Source of the DNA: Gemmatimonadaceae bacterium
Lineage (GTDB): Bacteria > Gemmatimonadota > Gemmatimonadetes > Gemmatimonadales > Gemmatimonadaceae
Assembly: GCA_016720905.1 (NCBI GenBank)
Contig: JADKJT010000017.1
Span: 24,366-88,365 of the forward strand
Length of the DNA: 64,000 nt
Reading direction: 5' to 3'
Shown here: piece by piece, positions 28,176 to 36,790 of the stretch
How positions within the stretch are numbered: the first letter of the stretch is position 1
How the letters are laid out: every line of letters starts with the position of its first letter
Notes under the pieces: generated by a model
The model's database searches: none
Told to the model about the DNA's origin: nothing
Seen by the model: the letters and a program-made list of their open reading frames with translations, nothing else
Position numbers and translations under genes: made by a program

Positions 28176-29063
28176 TCAACAGCCTTTCGGGGGCTTGGGC
28201 ACCGGACACGAGGTGCCTGCGCGTCGACACTGTTCGGCGCGCAGGACCAGCCGGTCTCCAAGGCGGACAGTCGGGAAGGGGGTTGCTCCGGGATCGTCCA
28301 CCACGTCCCATGCCGCCAGGAGGAGTCCCATCACGCGTGCCGACTCGCGCGCCGACGCGATAGATGGGCTCTTGGCATGCGCGCGCAGCTGCGCGAGATC
28401 GAAGAGCACCCAGGCGTTTTCGGATGTCACCTCACCGGATGCGTGGATGTCGGTCGTATCGTTGGCATCGCCTTCGTGCAGCCTGGTCGCAATGATGAGC
28501 GCTTCGTTGTAGGTGGACAGCGCGGCGGACTCCTGTCCGCCGGCCCGCTCCACCACAGCGCGTCCCCGCAGGTAGGCGATGCTCTCGCGGGTGATCGTGC
28601 GGCCCACGCCGCCCACATCTGCATACGCCGCCACCAGCGCCGCGCGCGCCGCTGGCACGTCGCCACGGGACGCCAGCAGCCGTACCAGCGCTTCGGCGGC
28701 TGAACGATCGCCGGGCGGTGCTGATGCCTGCGCGTCGCGCAAGATACGCACGGCGCTGTCCGCGCAGCCGCGGAGCACCAACCACACATCGGCTCGCCCC
28801 CGCGCAGCGGCAACAGTCATCGCCTCGGCGCCGCTGCTTTTCGCGTCGGTCCACGCGCGCGTGAAGTACAACAACGACGAGTCGGCGTGTCCGATCAGGC
28901 CGGTACGCTTGCCTTCCTCAAACCAGTGTCGCGCGTCCTGCGGGATTTGCGTGGCCGCGACCCGCGGCACCAGCAGGCACAGCAGCGGCCACAGCGACCG
29001 CACCGACGCACGGGGCACCGACGCACGGAGCGTCGGCGCGCGAACAATCAATGAGTATTCCAT
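28176..29063 (-). CDS. hypothetical exported helical-repeat protein
   Basis: 295 aa with balanced amino-acid composition, unlike the antisense ORF 28579..29112. Signal-like SLWPLLCLLVPRVAATQ. TPR-like helical content. Cys-containing tail (CRRAGTSCPVPKPPKGC). No family recognised. Confidence 0.5.
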   Translation of the reverse strand: MEYSLIVRAPTLRASVPRASVRSLWPLLCLLVPRVAATQIPQDARHWFEEGKRTGLIGHADSSLLYFTRAWTDAKSSGAEAMTVAAARGRADVWLVLRGCADSAVRILRDAQASAPPGDRSAAEALVRLLASRGDVPAARAALVAAYADVGGVGRTITRESIAYLRGRAVVERAGGQESAALSTYNEALIIATRLHEGDANDTTDIHASGEVTSENAWVLFDLAQLRAHAKSPSIASARESARVMGLLLAAWDVVDDPGATPFPTVRLGDRLVLRAEQCRRAGTSCPVPKPPKGC

Positions 29064-29123
29064 GCATGAAACATGGTCCAGACGCCTTCGGCGCGCTGGC
29101 CCCTCGCGCTGACCCCTTGATGC

Positions 29124-29603
29124 TCAACGCAAGGGGATACCGGCAAACGCGCTCGGCGTCGTGAGAGCAGCCTCTGCCGCATGGATGACGGCCGCTGGAA
29201 GCGGCGCACCGCCTCCACGTCGCGCGGCTTCAACCACCATGGTCAACGCACGCGCCTGGGCGGCATAGGCGACCAGCAACGCGCCTCCGGCACCAGGGGT
29301 GGCCACGATATCGTGGGCGAGGACGTCCAACTGATCGTGCAGTTCGTTTTCGGCGCGGTGCAAGGTCGACATCGCATCGTGGTCGCTGCTGGCGTACGCC
29401 TCGGTATCGAAGAACCCGGGGAACGCCGACGGCGACAACGCTTCCTGGACCCGCTGATTGGTCGCGGCGATGGCCGCGAGACGCCGACGGGCGGCGCGTG
29501 ATGATTCAAATCCCACAGGTACTTCTCCGGAAAATCGTTCGGCAGACCTTGACAGAAGGCGGTCTGTTACATAAATGCGACAGTGGTTGTACAGCGCCGT
29601 CAA
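29124..29603 (-). CDS. hypothetical protein
   Basis: 159-aa ORF with a TTG start; the internal ATG 29372 would give 82 aa. Helical and acidic C-terminal half (ENELHDQLDVLAHDIV). No recognised motif. Co-directional with 28176..29063. Confidence 0.35.
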   Translation of the reverse strand: MTALYNHCRIYVTDRLLSRSAERFSGEVPVGFESSRAARRRLAAIAATNQRVQEALSPSAFPGFFDTEAYASSDHDAMSTLHRAENELHDQLDVLAHDIVATPGAGGALLVAYAAQARALTMVVEAARRGGGAPLPAAVIHAAEAALTTPSAFAGIPLR

Positions 29604-29812
29604 TGCGGCGATAACCGTATGCGGTAGCTTTGGTTGCGCTACAGGTTGCGCGGTCGGTACCGCGAGCGGTCTGGACAGTACCGGGAGAGGGGTTGGCGTC
29701 GCCGCAACAGCGGTCGTCGGAGCCCTCTACGGTTGAGGTCGGCAAGCCACCACGTCCGGTGGCTGTCGAAGCAGTTGGGATACAGATCCACCCCTCCCTC
29801 GGAGGCGGCGGC

Positions 29813-30754
29813 ATGCAGGTGCTCAGCCCGGCAGCGGAGCGTGATCTCGCGGCGCGTGAACTGGCGACTCTGGCCAGAACCACGCTCGACGAGCATTGGG
29901 CGGTCGCTGCTGTTCCCGCGGAACGACGCGCCTTGTTGCTCGAACGAGCCGAGGCGGCCTCGCTGGTCTCCGGCGACGGACTTGGCGAGCCCATTGCGGA
30001 CGGACTCGCTCTCCTTGGCACGGCCTACGAACTGGCCGCCCTGAGCCAGCTTGAAGCGGCACTGCAACCGGTCGCCAATGCATCGCGCGATCTGGCTCAG
30101 GCGGTTTTGGCACTTGGTGCCGCCCGTGCCTTCCGATGCAGCGCCGCCTTGCGCGCCCCCACTGATGACGGAGAGTCCACGGTGAAGTGGGCCCTTCGTC
30201 TGGGTGCCTTGGCGCTCGTTTCCCACCAGACCGAAAGCTACGTGAAGTGGTGGGAGGTGCGTCGAGGTGTCGCCGACACCGTGCGACGCGTGTCGCTGGG
30301 ACTTGAGCAGGAACCTTGGGAACCCTACGCGCGGGGCACGCTGTGGATTGCCTGGCTGGGGCTTCTGGGAGCGCCCGTCGCCGTTCTCCCCGAGCACGTC
30401 GGTGACGAGTTGCCCGTAGTGTCGGCCACGCGCAGCAGACTGGCGGCCTTCCGAGAGCGTCGCGCCGACCATGAAGTGCCGGGCGAGTCTCAAGTGCTCA
30501 ACGCCACCGCACTTCGTGCCCGAATGACGGAGTTCGCGATCCGTCATCTCGCGGACGCGACCGAGCTGCTGACGGTCGCGGTCCTTCGACGGACGCTGCC
30601 CGACGTCTCCGCAGAGTTCAAGCTGCATCTGAGCGCGGCGCGCTCCGCCCTTGCCGGCGATCACGGGCAGGATCTCCTCCTGGCGTGGTTACAGGCGGCC
30701 GGCGTTACGCTGGCCGGCGGCGTGACCGCGCAGCTCGAACTTCCAGGATTCTAG
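29813..30754 (+). CDS. hypothetical all-helical protein
   Basis: ATG 29813 is preceded by GGAGG with a 7-nt spacer. 313 aa, L/A/E/W-rich helical sequence. Third codon positions (many CTT, CGT, CGA, GGA) are more relaxed than in core genes. No recognised family. Confidence 0.45.
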   Translation: MQVLSPAAERDLAARELATLARTTLDEHWAVAAVPAERRALLLERAEAASLVSGDGLGEPIADGLALLGTAYELAALSQLEAALQPVANASRDLAQAVLALGAARAFRCSAALRAPTDDGESTVKWALRLGALALVSHQTESYVKWWEVRRGVADTVRRVSLGLEQEPWEPYARGTLWIAWLGLLGAPVAVLPEHVGDELPVVSATRSRLAAFRERRADHEVPGESQVLNATALRARMTEFAIRHLADATELLTVAVLRRTLPDVSAEFKLHLSAARSALAGDHGQDLLLAWLQAAGVTLAGGVTAQLELPGF

Positions 30755-31112
30755 TCTTTCCACCGTCGGCGGCCGCGCCGGTGCGCCAAACGCGGTAGAC
30801 GCGTCGTCCGCTGCTTCCAACCGGAAAGGCCACTCGGCCACCCCCGATCGGGGTGATGGTCGCCATGAGCTTGCCCAGAGCCACCCGCTCGGCCAACGGG
30901 CTTTCCACAGCCACGTCGCCACCGTCGATTCGGTACCACTGTGGCGCATTCGCTTCCGTACCGTACTCGTCGCCGGCGCGAACATAGTAGGCATCGTCGC
31001 CACCCCAGAAGGCCGAAAGCACAGTATTCCCCAAAATCGATGCCAGCGGCAGCGATGTGATGGGCGCTGGCTCTAGCGTACCGATTGGTGCGGCGCAGGC
31101 GACTACGTGCAT
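30705..31112 (-). CDS. hypothetical small beta-rich protein
   Basis: ATG 31112 (MHVVACAAPIGTLEP...). The middle part is protein-like (FWGGDDAYYVRAGDEYGTEANAPQWYRIDGGDVAV). The R-rich tail overlaps the convergent ORF by 50 nt, so the 3' end is doubtful. Confidence 0.35.
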   Translation of the reverse strand: MHVVACAAPIGTLEPAPITSLPLASILGNTVLSAFWGGDDAYYVRAGDEYGTEANAPQWYRIDGGDVAVESPLAERVALGKLMATITPIGGGRVAFPVGSSGRRVYRVWRTGAAADGGKTRILEVRAARSRRRPA

Positions 31113-31205
31113 GGTCGATTCCAGGTCAGAATTCGAAACGTGACGATGCGCCGGTTTGATTTGTCGGCGGGCGAGGATGTTATGACGAACGACTCGCTCA
31201 CGCAA

Positions 31206-31440
31206 TACAGCACGAACGCCTAAGTTGTTGACATGATTGTTGATACGTGTTGGAAGTCATGTGGGAAAGTAGGTAACATCAGAATCTGGTTGAAGCTGAG
31301 GATTGCCGTGATGTGGATAAGTGGGGTTAGGTAAGCGGTCCGTTTTGGCAGCGTTGAGACAAACTTGTCCACATTCGCGATTGTCACATTTATTGTATTT
31401 TCTGGATTGCAAACACTACTCGGATGTACGCGTGGCGCTG
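31206..31440. other. ORF-free AT-rich intergenic tract (divergent promoter/leader region or ncRNA locus)
   Basis: No ORF of 60 aa or more in any frame. I counted 85 G+C in 31221-31420 (42.5%). Contains TTGACA (31228-31233) and TTGTCC-N17-ATTTAT (around 31366-31394). Confidence 0.6.
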
Positions 31441-31573
31441 CCCAAGGCGTGATGCGCGGCGGAAGTTCCCGGGAAGGCTGAGGCGCGGAAAACCCGCGCG
31501 CCCCCTATGGCGACTCGACCGACAATCGACCATTCTGCGCTAAACCTTTCGCACCCTTTGGAGAGTTCTCATC

Positions 31574-32515
31574 GTGACCGTCGAACCACGGATCGGATTG
31601 CTTGTTGGGCGGGAGTGGTCATTTCCCCCCGCATTTCTCGAAGCGGTCGCCAAGCGGCAGTCTGGCGTGCCGGCCGACTACATCAAGCTGGATGCGACGC
31701 GGATGGGGCAGCCGGTCCCGTACACGCTGATCATTGATCGCATCTCGCACGAGGTCGGCTTCTATCGCGCCTACCTCAAGCATGCGACGCGAATGGGCGT
31801 GACGGTGGTCAACAATCCGTTCATGTGGTCGGCCGACGACAAGTTCTTCGACGCCACGGTGGCCCTGCAGAACGGCGTGGCGCATCCAAAGACGATGCTC
31901 CTGCCCAACAAGGATTACATCCCGGGGATCTCGCACTCGGAGTCGTTGCGGAACCTCGCCTACCCGCTGGATTGGCGCGGGGTGGCTGAGCACATCGGCT
32001 TCCCCTGCGTGTTGAAGGACGCCCACGGCGGTGGCTGGCGGGATGTGTACGTCTGCCACTCCATGGAGGAGTTGCTCCATCACTACAACACCAGCGGCCT
32101 GCTGACCATGGTGGTGCAGGAGTTTGTGAAGTGGGACTACTATGTGCGTTGCATGGCGTTGGGCCGCGAACACGTGCTGCCGATGCCCTACGATCCCCGT
32201 GAGCGCAAATACATTCCCGATCCTGGCTACTTGCCGAAGGACATCGAAGATCGCTGTGTGGCCGACTCGCTCACGTTGTGCAAGGCGTTGGGCTATGACA
32301 TGAACACGGTCGAGTTCGCGGTGCGTGATGGCATTCCCTATGCCATCGACTTCATGAATCCGGCGCCGGACATGGACATCTACTCGTTGACGCCCAGCTA
32401 CTTCGAGTGGGTGGTGGAGCACATGGCCGACCTGGCGATCAAACTGGCCACGGCGCCGAGACCCGCGGTGGCGCCGGGCGCGCCAATCGGTGAGTCATTG
32501 CCGTCGTCCCGCTAA
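31574..32515 (+). CDS. ATP-grasp domain protein (RimK/glutathione-synthetase-like fold)
   Basis: GTG start preceded by GGAGAG. Motifs GFPCVLKDAHGGGWRDVYV, MVVQEFV and EFAVRDGIPYAIDFMNPAP fit the ATP-grasp nucleotide- and Mg-binding blocks. Confidence 0.7.
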   Translation: MTVEPRIGLLVGREWSFPPAFLEAVAKRQSGVPADYIKLDATRMGQPVPYTLIIDRISHEVGFYRAYLKHATRMGVTVVNNPFMWSADDKFFDATVALQNGVAHPKTMLLPNKDYIPGISHSESLRNLAYPLDWRGVAEHIGFPCVLKDAHGGGWRDVYVCHSMEELLHHYNTSGLLTMVVQEFVKWDYYVRCMALGREHVLPMPYDPRERKYIPDPGYLPKDIEDRCVADSLTLCKALGYDMNTVEFAVRDGIPYAIDFMNPAPDMDIYSLTPSYFEWVVEHMADLAIKLATAPRPAVAPGAPIGESLPSSR

Positions 32516-32528
32516 CGGAGCGGCCGGC

Positions 32529-33881
32529 ATGCTTGCGAGTGCAATTGCGCGCTATCACGACGTCCTGACACAGGGCGACACGGCGGTGGCCTCGGCGGAA
32601 CTCCTCGACCGTCTGCTGCGCAGTGAAGGGCTGTTCTTTGGTGATCGTCCGTTGTGCGGCGTGCTGCGGCCGCGCCTGCTCAGTGTCGGCGAATACCGGC
32701 ACATTGCGCAGGCGTGCGCCCTGGTCGGCTCGGCGTTTGAGGCGGTGCGCCGCGCCGCCATGGAGCAACCGACGCTGCGCGCGCAGTTCGGGTTGACCGC
32801 GTGGGAAGAGCAGTTGATTCACGCCGATCCGGGTTTCGCCGTGGCCAGCCCGACGTCGCGTCTGGATGCGTTCTTTGCCGCGGGTGACGACGGTCTCAAG
32901 TTCACCGAGTTCAACGCCGAGACGCCGGCCGGGGCCGCGTACAACGACGCGTTGTCGCGGGTGATGATGGCCATGCCGGTGATGCACGAGTTCTCGCGCA
33001 GTCACGCGGTGCTGCCCATTCCGGCGGCGCCATCGGTGATTCACGCCCTGCTGGACGCGTACCACGCCTTTCGGGGTGTGCGGGAGCGTCCGACGGTGGT
33101 GATCCTCGATTGGGCGGATGTGCCGACACGCAGCGAGTTCGTGCTGTTCGAGCGGGAGTTTGCCGCCCTGGGCATCGAGGCCTTCATCGGCGATCCGCGC
33201 GACGCCGAGTACTCCGGCGGTACGTTACGCGTTGGCGGACGCCCGGTGACGCTGATCTACAAGCGCGTGCTGATCGATGAGTTGGTGACCCGTGAGGGGT
33301 TGGCATCGCCGGTGGTGCGCGCGGTCCGCGATGGAGCGGTGTGCATGGTCAATCCGTTCCGCTGCAAGCTGCTGCACAAGAAGGCGTCGTTGGCGGTGGT
33401 CAGTGACGAGCGTCAGGCGGCCCTGTTGAGCCCGGCGCAGCGCGCCGCGGTGGCCCGGCACGTGCCGTGGACACGGGTCGTGGAGGAACGGAGCACCTCG
33501 TATCAGGGCAATCAGGTGGACATGCTGCCGTTCATCGCCGATCGTCGCGAGACGATGGTGCTCAAGCCCAACGATGAGTACGGTGGCAAGGGGATCGTGC
33601 TGGGGTGGACCGTGGACGATGCGACCTGGCAGGCGGCCATTCGAACGGCGTTGGGCGAACCGTTCATCGTGCAGGAGCGCGTGGAAGTGCCCAGCGAACC
33701 GTGGCCGGCCTGGGTGGACGGTGGCCTGCATATCAGCGATCGGATGCTGGATACCGCGCCGTTTCTGGTGGACGGGACGGTGATGACGGGATGTCTGACA
33801 CGGATCGCTACTGATCCGTTGCTGAACGTGACAGCCGGTGGCGGCTCGAACGTGCCAACTTTTCTTGTCGAGGAGCGCTGA
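32529..33881 (+). CDS. circularly permuted ATP-grasp type 2 protein (glutathionylspermidine-synthase-like amidoligase)
   Basis: ATG 32529. Motifs LKFTEFNAETPAGAAYND, LIYKRVLIDEL, MVLKPNDEYGGKGIVLGW, FIVQERVEVP. Confidence 0.75.
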   Translation: MLASAIARYHDVLTQGDTAVASAELLDRLLRSEGLFFGDRPLCGVLRPRLLSVGEYRHIAQACALVGSAFEAVRRAAMEQPTLRAQFGLTAWEEQLIHADPGFAVASPTSRLDAFFAAGDDGLKFTEFNAETPAGAAYNDALSRVMMAMPVMHEFSRSHAVLPIPAAPSVIHALLDAYHAFRGVRERPTVVILDWADVPTRSEFVLFEREFAALGIEAFIGDPRDAEYSGGTLRVGGRPVTLIYKRVLIDELVTREGLASPVVRAVRDGAVCMVNPFRCKLLHKKASLAVVSDERQAALLSPAQRAAVARHVPWTRVVEERSTSYQGNQVDMLPFIADRRETMVLKPNDEYGGKGIVLGWTVDDATWQAAIRTALGEPFIVQERVEVPSEPWPAWVDGGLHISDRMLDTAPFLVDGTVMTGCLTRIATDPLLNVTAGGGSNVPTFLVEER

Positions 33882-34705
33882 TGTCAGCGTTGTTACGCCC
33901 GGTGATCGGGTTGACCACACAAACCCTGCATTCGATCGACGGCATTCCGCCGGCGTTACCCGCATCGTGGGTCATGAACCAGCGGTATTTCCTGGCGGCC
34001 ACGATGGTCGGCGCCGTGCCGTGGATGATTCCGTTGCTGGACGACGACCTGAACACGTTGCGTGAGATCTACGAGCGTCTGGATGGCATTCTCATTCCGG
34101 GCGGGGTCGACGTGAGCCCGCTGGAATACGGGGAAGCGGTACGCCCCGAATGCGGGAATCTCGATCCGGCGCGCGACCGGGTGGAATTGCAGCTTACGCG
34201 GTGGGCGATGGAGGATGGGAAGCCGCTGCTGGGTCTGTGCCGTGGCCTCCAGATCATCAACGTCGCCTCAGGGGGCACCCTGTGGCAGGACCTGGCCATG
34301 CAAAACGGCACATTTCAGAAGCACGACTACTTCCCAACCGCCGGGTACGAGCGCGATCATCTGGCACACGAGGTGGACGTCGTTGCCGGTACGAAACTGC
34401 GGCGGTATCTCGAGTCGTCGCGGGTGTCGGTCAACAGCATGCATCATCAGGGCATCAAGCAACTCGGAGGGGGGCTGGTGGCGTCGGCCATCGCGCCGGA
34501 CGGGTTGATCGAGGCGGTGGAAGGGGGAACCGACGCGTTTGTGGTGGGCGTGCAGTGGCACCCGGAGGTGTTCGAGATGGCGGATCCGCACATTCGACAC
34601 CTGTTTGGCGGGTTCATCCGGGCATCCATCGGCTGGGCGCAGGCGCATACTCCGACACGCGTTCCTGAGGGTGGCAGAGCGGGATTCACAGTCAGCACGA
34701 CCTAA
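33881..34705 (+). CDS. class I glutamine amidotransferase-like hydrolase, peptidase C26 (gamma-glutamyl-GABA hydrolase family)
   Basis: TGATG overlap with the upstream gene. Nucleophile elbow LLGLCRGLQIINVASGG, then HHQGIK and VGVQWHPE (Cys-His-Glu triad). Confidence 0.85.
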   Translation: MSALLRPVIGLTTQTLHSIDGIPPALPASWVMNQRYFLAATMVGAVPWMIPLLDDDLNTLREIYERLDGILIPGGVDVSPLEYGEAVRPECGNLDPARDRVELQLTRWAMEDGKPLLGLCRGLQIINVASGGTLWQDLAMQNGTFQKHDYFPTAGYERDHLAHEVDVVAGTKLRRYLESSRVSVNSMHHQGIKQLGGGLVASAIAPDGLIEAVEGGTDAFVVGVQWHPEVFEMADPHIRHLFGGFIRASIGWAQAHTPTRVPEGGRAGFTVSTT

Positions 34706-34720
34706 GCCGACGAGGAAGCA

Positions 34721-35944
34721 ATGCGGGCGCCCAGTCTGACAGTCGGCATCGAAGAGGAGTACCAGATCATCGATCCGGTGACGCGTGATCTTACGCCCGG
34801 ATTCGACGCGCTGGTCACCAGCGAGCACGCCGAGCTGGCCGATGTCAAAGCGGAATTGCACCAGTGCCAGGTGGAGATCGGGACCAAGGTCTGTCATTCG
34901 ATCGCCGAGTTGCGGCAGGAGTTGACGTCGCTGCGCGGCCTGGTGATCAAGGCGGCGGCGCAACACGGACTCACCATCGCGTCGGCCGGGACGCATCCGT
35001 TCTCGAACTGGATGAACCAGGAAATGACGCCCAAGGAGCGCTACCTGGGCGTCAAGGCGGAGCTGCAGGATCTGGCGCATCGGCTGCTGATCTTCGGGAC
35101 GCACGTACATGTCGGCATCGAAGACAATGAGTTCCGCATAGACTGTCTGAATGCGGCGCGCTACGTGCTGCCGCATATTCTGTGTCTGTCCACCAGTTCA
35201 CCGTTCTGGTTTGGCCGCAACACCGGACTGCATTCGTATCGCAGCATCGTGTTCAAGAACTTTCCGCGCACCGGTGTGCCGCGCATTTTGCAGGGGTGGA
35301 GCGACTACTCCGATCTGGTCGACACGCTGGTGAAGACGCGCAGCATCCCCGACGGATCGAAAATCTGGTGGGACGTGCGGCCGCATCACGTGTATCCGAC
35401 GCTCGAGTTCCGCATCTGCGATGTGAACACGCGCATTGACGAAGCCATTTGTGTCGCCGCCATTCTGCAGGCCGTGGTGGCCAAGATGTGGAAGTTGCGC
35501 CGGGACAACCTCACGTTCCGCGTGTACGCGCAGGATCTCATCGAAGAGAACAAGTGGCGCGCGGTCCGGTGGGGATTGAGCGGCAAGCTCATCGACTTCG
35601 GCAAGAAGACCGAAATGCCCGCGCCGGTGCTCATCCGCGAACTCATCGAGTGGTTCCTGGACGATGTGCTGGATGAATTGGGGACGCGCAAGGAAGTCGA
35701 GTATGCGTTCAAGATTCTTGAGGAGGGCTCAAGTGCCCAACGGCAGTTGGCCACGTATGCCCGTACGGGCGACCTGCGCGCGGTGGTGGATCAACTGATC
35801 CGCGAGACGGCCGAAGGGGTGTGCGAGCCGACACTGGGTCCTCCGCTGGAGCGGTCGGATCGGGTGGACGCGTCGTCGTCGGCGACGCCAACCGGCGTCA
35901 ACGCAATCCCGTCGGGATCCGCCCGCGGCCAGTCGATGCCCTAG
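34721..35944 (+). CDS. carboxylate-amine ligase, glutamate-cysteine ligase family 2 (YbdK/GCS2)
   Basis: TVGIEEEYQIIDP, FGTHVHVGIED, SSPFWFG, WWDVRPHHVYPTLEFRICD. Confidence 0.85.
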   Translation: MRAPSLTVGIEEEYQIIDPVTRDLTPGFDALVTSEHAELADVKAELHQCQVEIGTKVCHSIAELRQELTSLRGLVIKAAAQHGLTIASAGTHPFSNWMNQEMTPKERYLGVKAELQDLAHRLLIFGTHVHVGIEDNEFRIDCLNAARYVLPHILCLSTSSPFWFGRNTGLHSYRSIVFKNFPRTGVPRILQGWSDYSDLVDTLVKTRSIPDGSKIWWDVRPHHVYPTLEFRICDVNTRIDEAICVAAILQAVVAKMWKLRRDNLTFRVYAQDLIEENKWRAVRWGLSGKLIDFGKKTEMPAPVLIRELIEWFLDDVLDELGTRKEVEYAFKILEEGSSAQRQLATYARTGDLRAVVDQLIRETAEGVCEPTLGPPLERSDRVDASSSATPTGVNAIPSGSARGQSMP

Positions 35945-36652
35945 GTGTCGTCGGCCGATGCGCGCACCGTGAACGACCGCACCAACGCGTCGCGGCAGCA
36001 GGCCAGCTGGATTGCCAATGCCGCCGCGTGGACCACGGCCGTACGGGGCGGACAGATTGCCAGTCGTCGGAGCGGCACCGACGCGGCCATCGTCGATGCG
36101 TGCCAGTCGGAAGCCGGCATGCGCATCCTTGATGTCGGATGTGGCGAGGGCTGGCTGGCGCGGGCGCTTTCGGCGCAAGGCGCGCAGGTGACCGGGGTCG
36201 ATGCCAGCGAACCGCTGATAGCGGCGGCGCGCACGGCCGGCGGCGCTACGTACGAAGTGGCGGACTATGCGTTGCTGAGTGCGCAACGGACGGTGGTCCC
36301 GGGTCCTTTCGATGTGATCGTCTGCAATTTCGCGTTGCTCGACCGGGATTTGGTTCCGCTCTTGCGCGCCTTATCCAAGCGATTGGCCTTATCGGGGCGT
36401 TTGCTCATCCAGACGGTGCATCCATTTATTGCTGCGGGCCCGGATGGCTATGTGGATGGATGGCGCGAGGAGCGATTCTCGGCGTTTGGTGACGGGTTCT
36501 CGGCGCCGATGCCCTGGTACTTTCGCACCTTCGAGAGCTGGCAGCGCACGCTGTGGGAGAGCGGGCTGACGGTGTACCGGTTACGGGAACCGCGCAATGC
36601 CGAGGGGGCGGTGCTGTCGTTGTTGTTCGAGTGTCAGGCGGCATCCGGCTGA
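35945..36652 (+). CDS. class I SAM-dependent methyltransferase
   Basis: GTG start immediately after the upstream stop. Motif I RILDVGCGEGWLARAL, then DVIVCNFAL and GRLLIQTVHP. Confidence 0.8.
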   Translation: MSSADARTVNDRTNASRQQASWIANAAAWTTAVRGGQIASRRSGTDAAIVDACQSEAGMRILDVGCGEGWLARALSAQGAQVTGVDASEPLIAAARTAGGATYEVADYALLSAQRTVVPGPFDVIVCNFALLDRDLVPLLRALSKRLALSGRLLIQTVHPFIAAGPDGYVDGWREERFSAFGDGFSAPMPWYFRTFESWQRTLWESGLTVYRLREPRNAEGAVLSLLFECQAASG

Positions 36653-36702
36653 GCGGCCGCGAAACGCGCACCGCAGCGGTCCGCCACGCTTGCCGGATCG
36701 CG

Positions 36703-36719
36703 CACATTTGACGAATGTG
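36703..36719. promoter_or_regulatory. inverted repeat CACATT-N5-AATGTG upstream of the SusC-like gene (possible operator)
   Basis: Perfect 6-bp arms about 70 nt upstream of ATG 36791. Short enough to arise by chance. Confidence 0.25.
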
Positions 36720-36790
36720 TTGCCCAACTGAGTCGGATAAGACGACCGTCGATCGCGTCGGTTGATCGTTCCACCTTCCGGAGGTCAGGC

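Noticed and set aside
30705-30754. 50-nt convergent overlap between ORFs 29813..30754(+) and 30705..31112(-).
   Set aside because: Not treated as a regulatory antisense arrangement. The overlapping tail of the minus-strand ORF is R-rich junk, so its true stop (or its reality as a gene) is uncertain.
31233-31334. 33-codon ORF in the AT-rich tract (MIVDTCWKSCGKVGNIRIWLKLRIAVMWISGVR).
   Set aside because: Its ATG lies inside the best -35-like hexamer and has no SD. It may simply reflect AT-richness. There is not enough evidence to call a gene.
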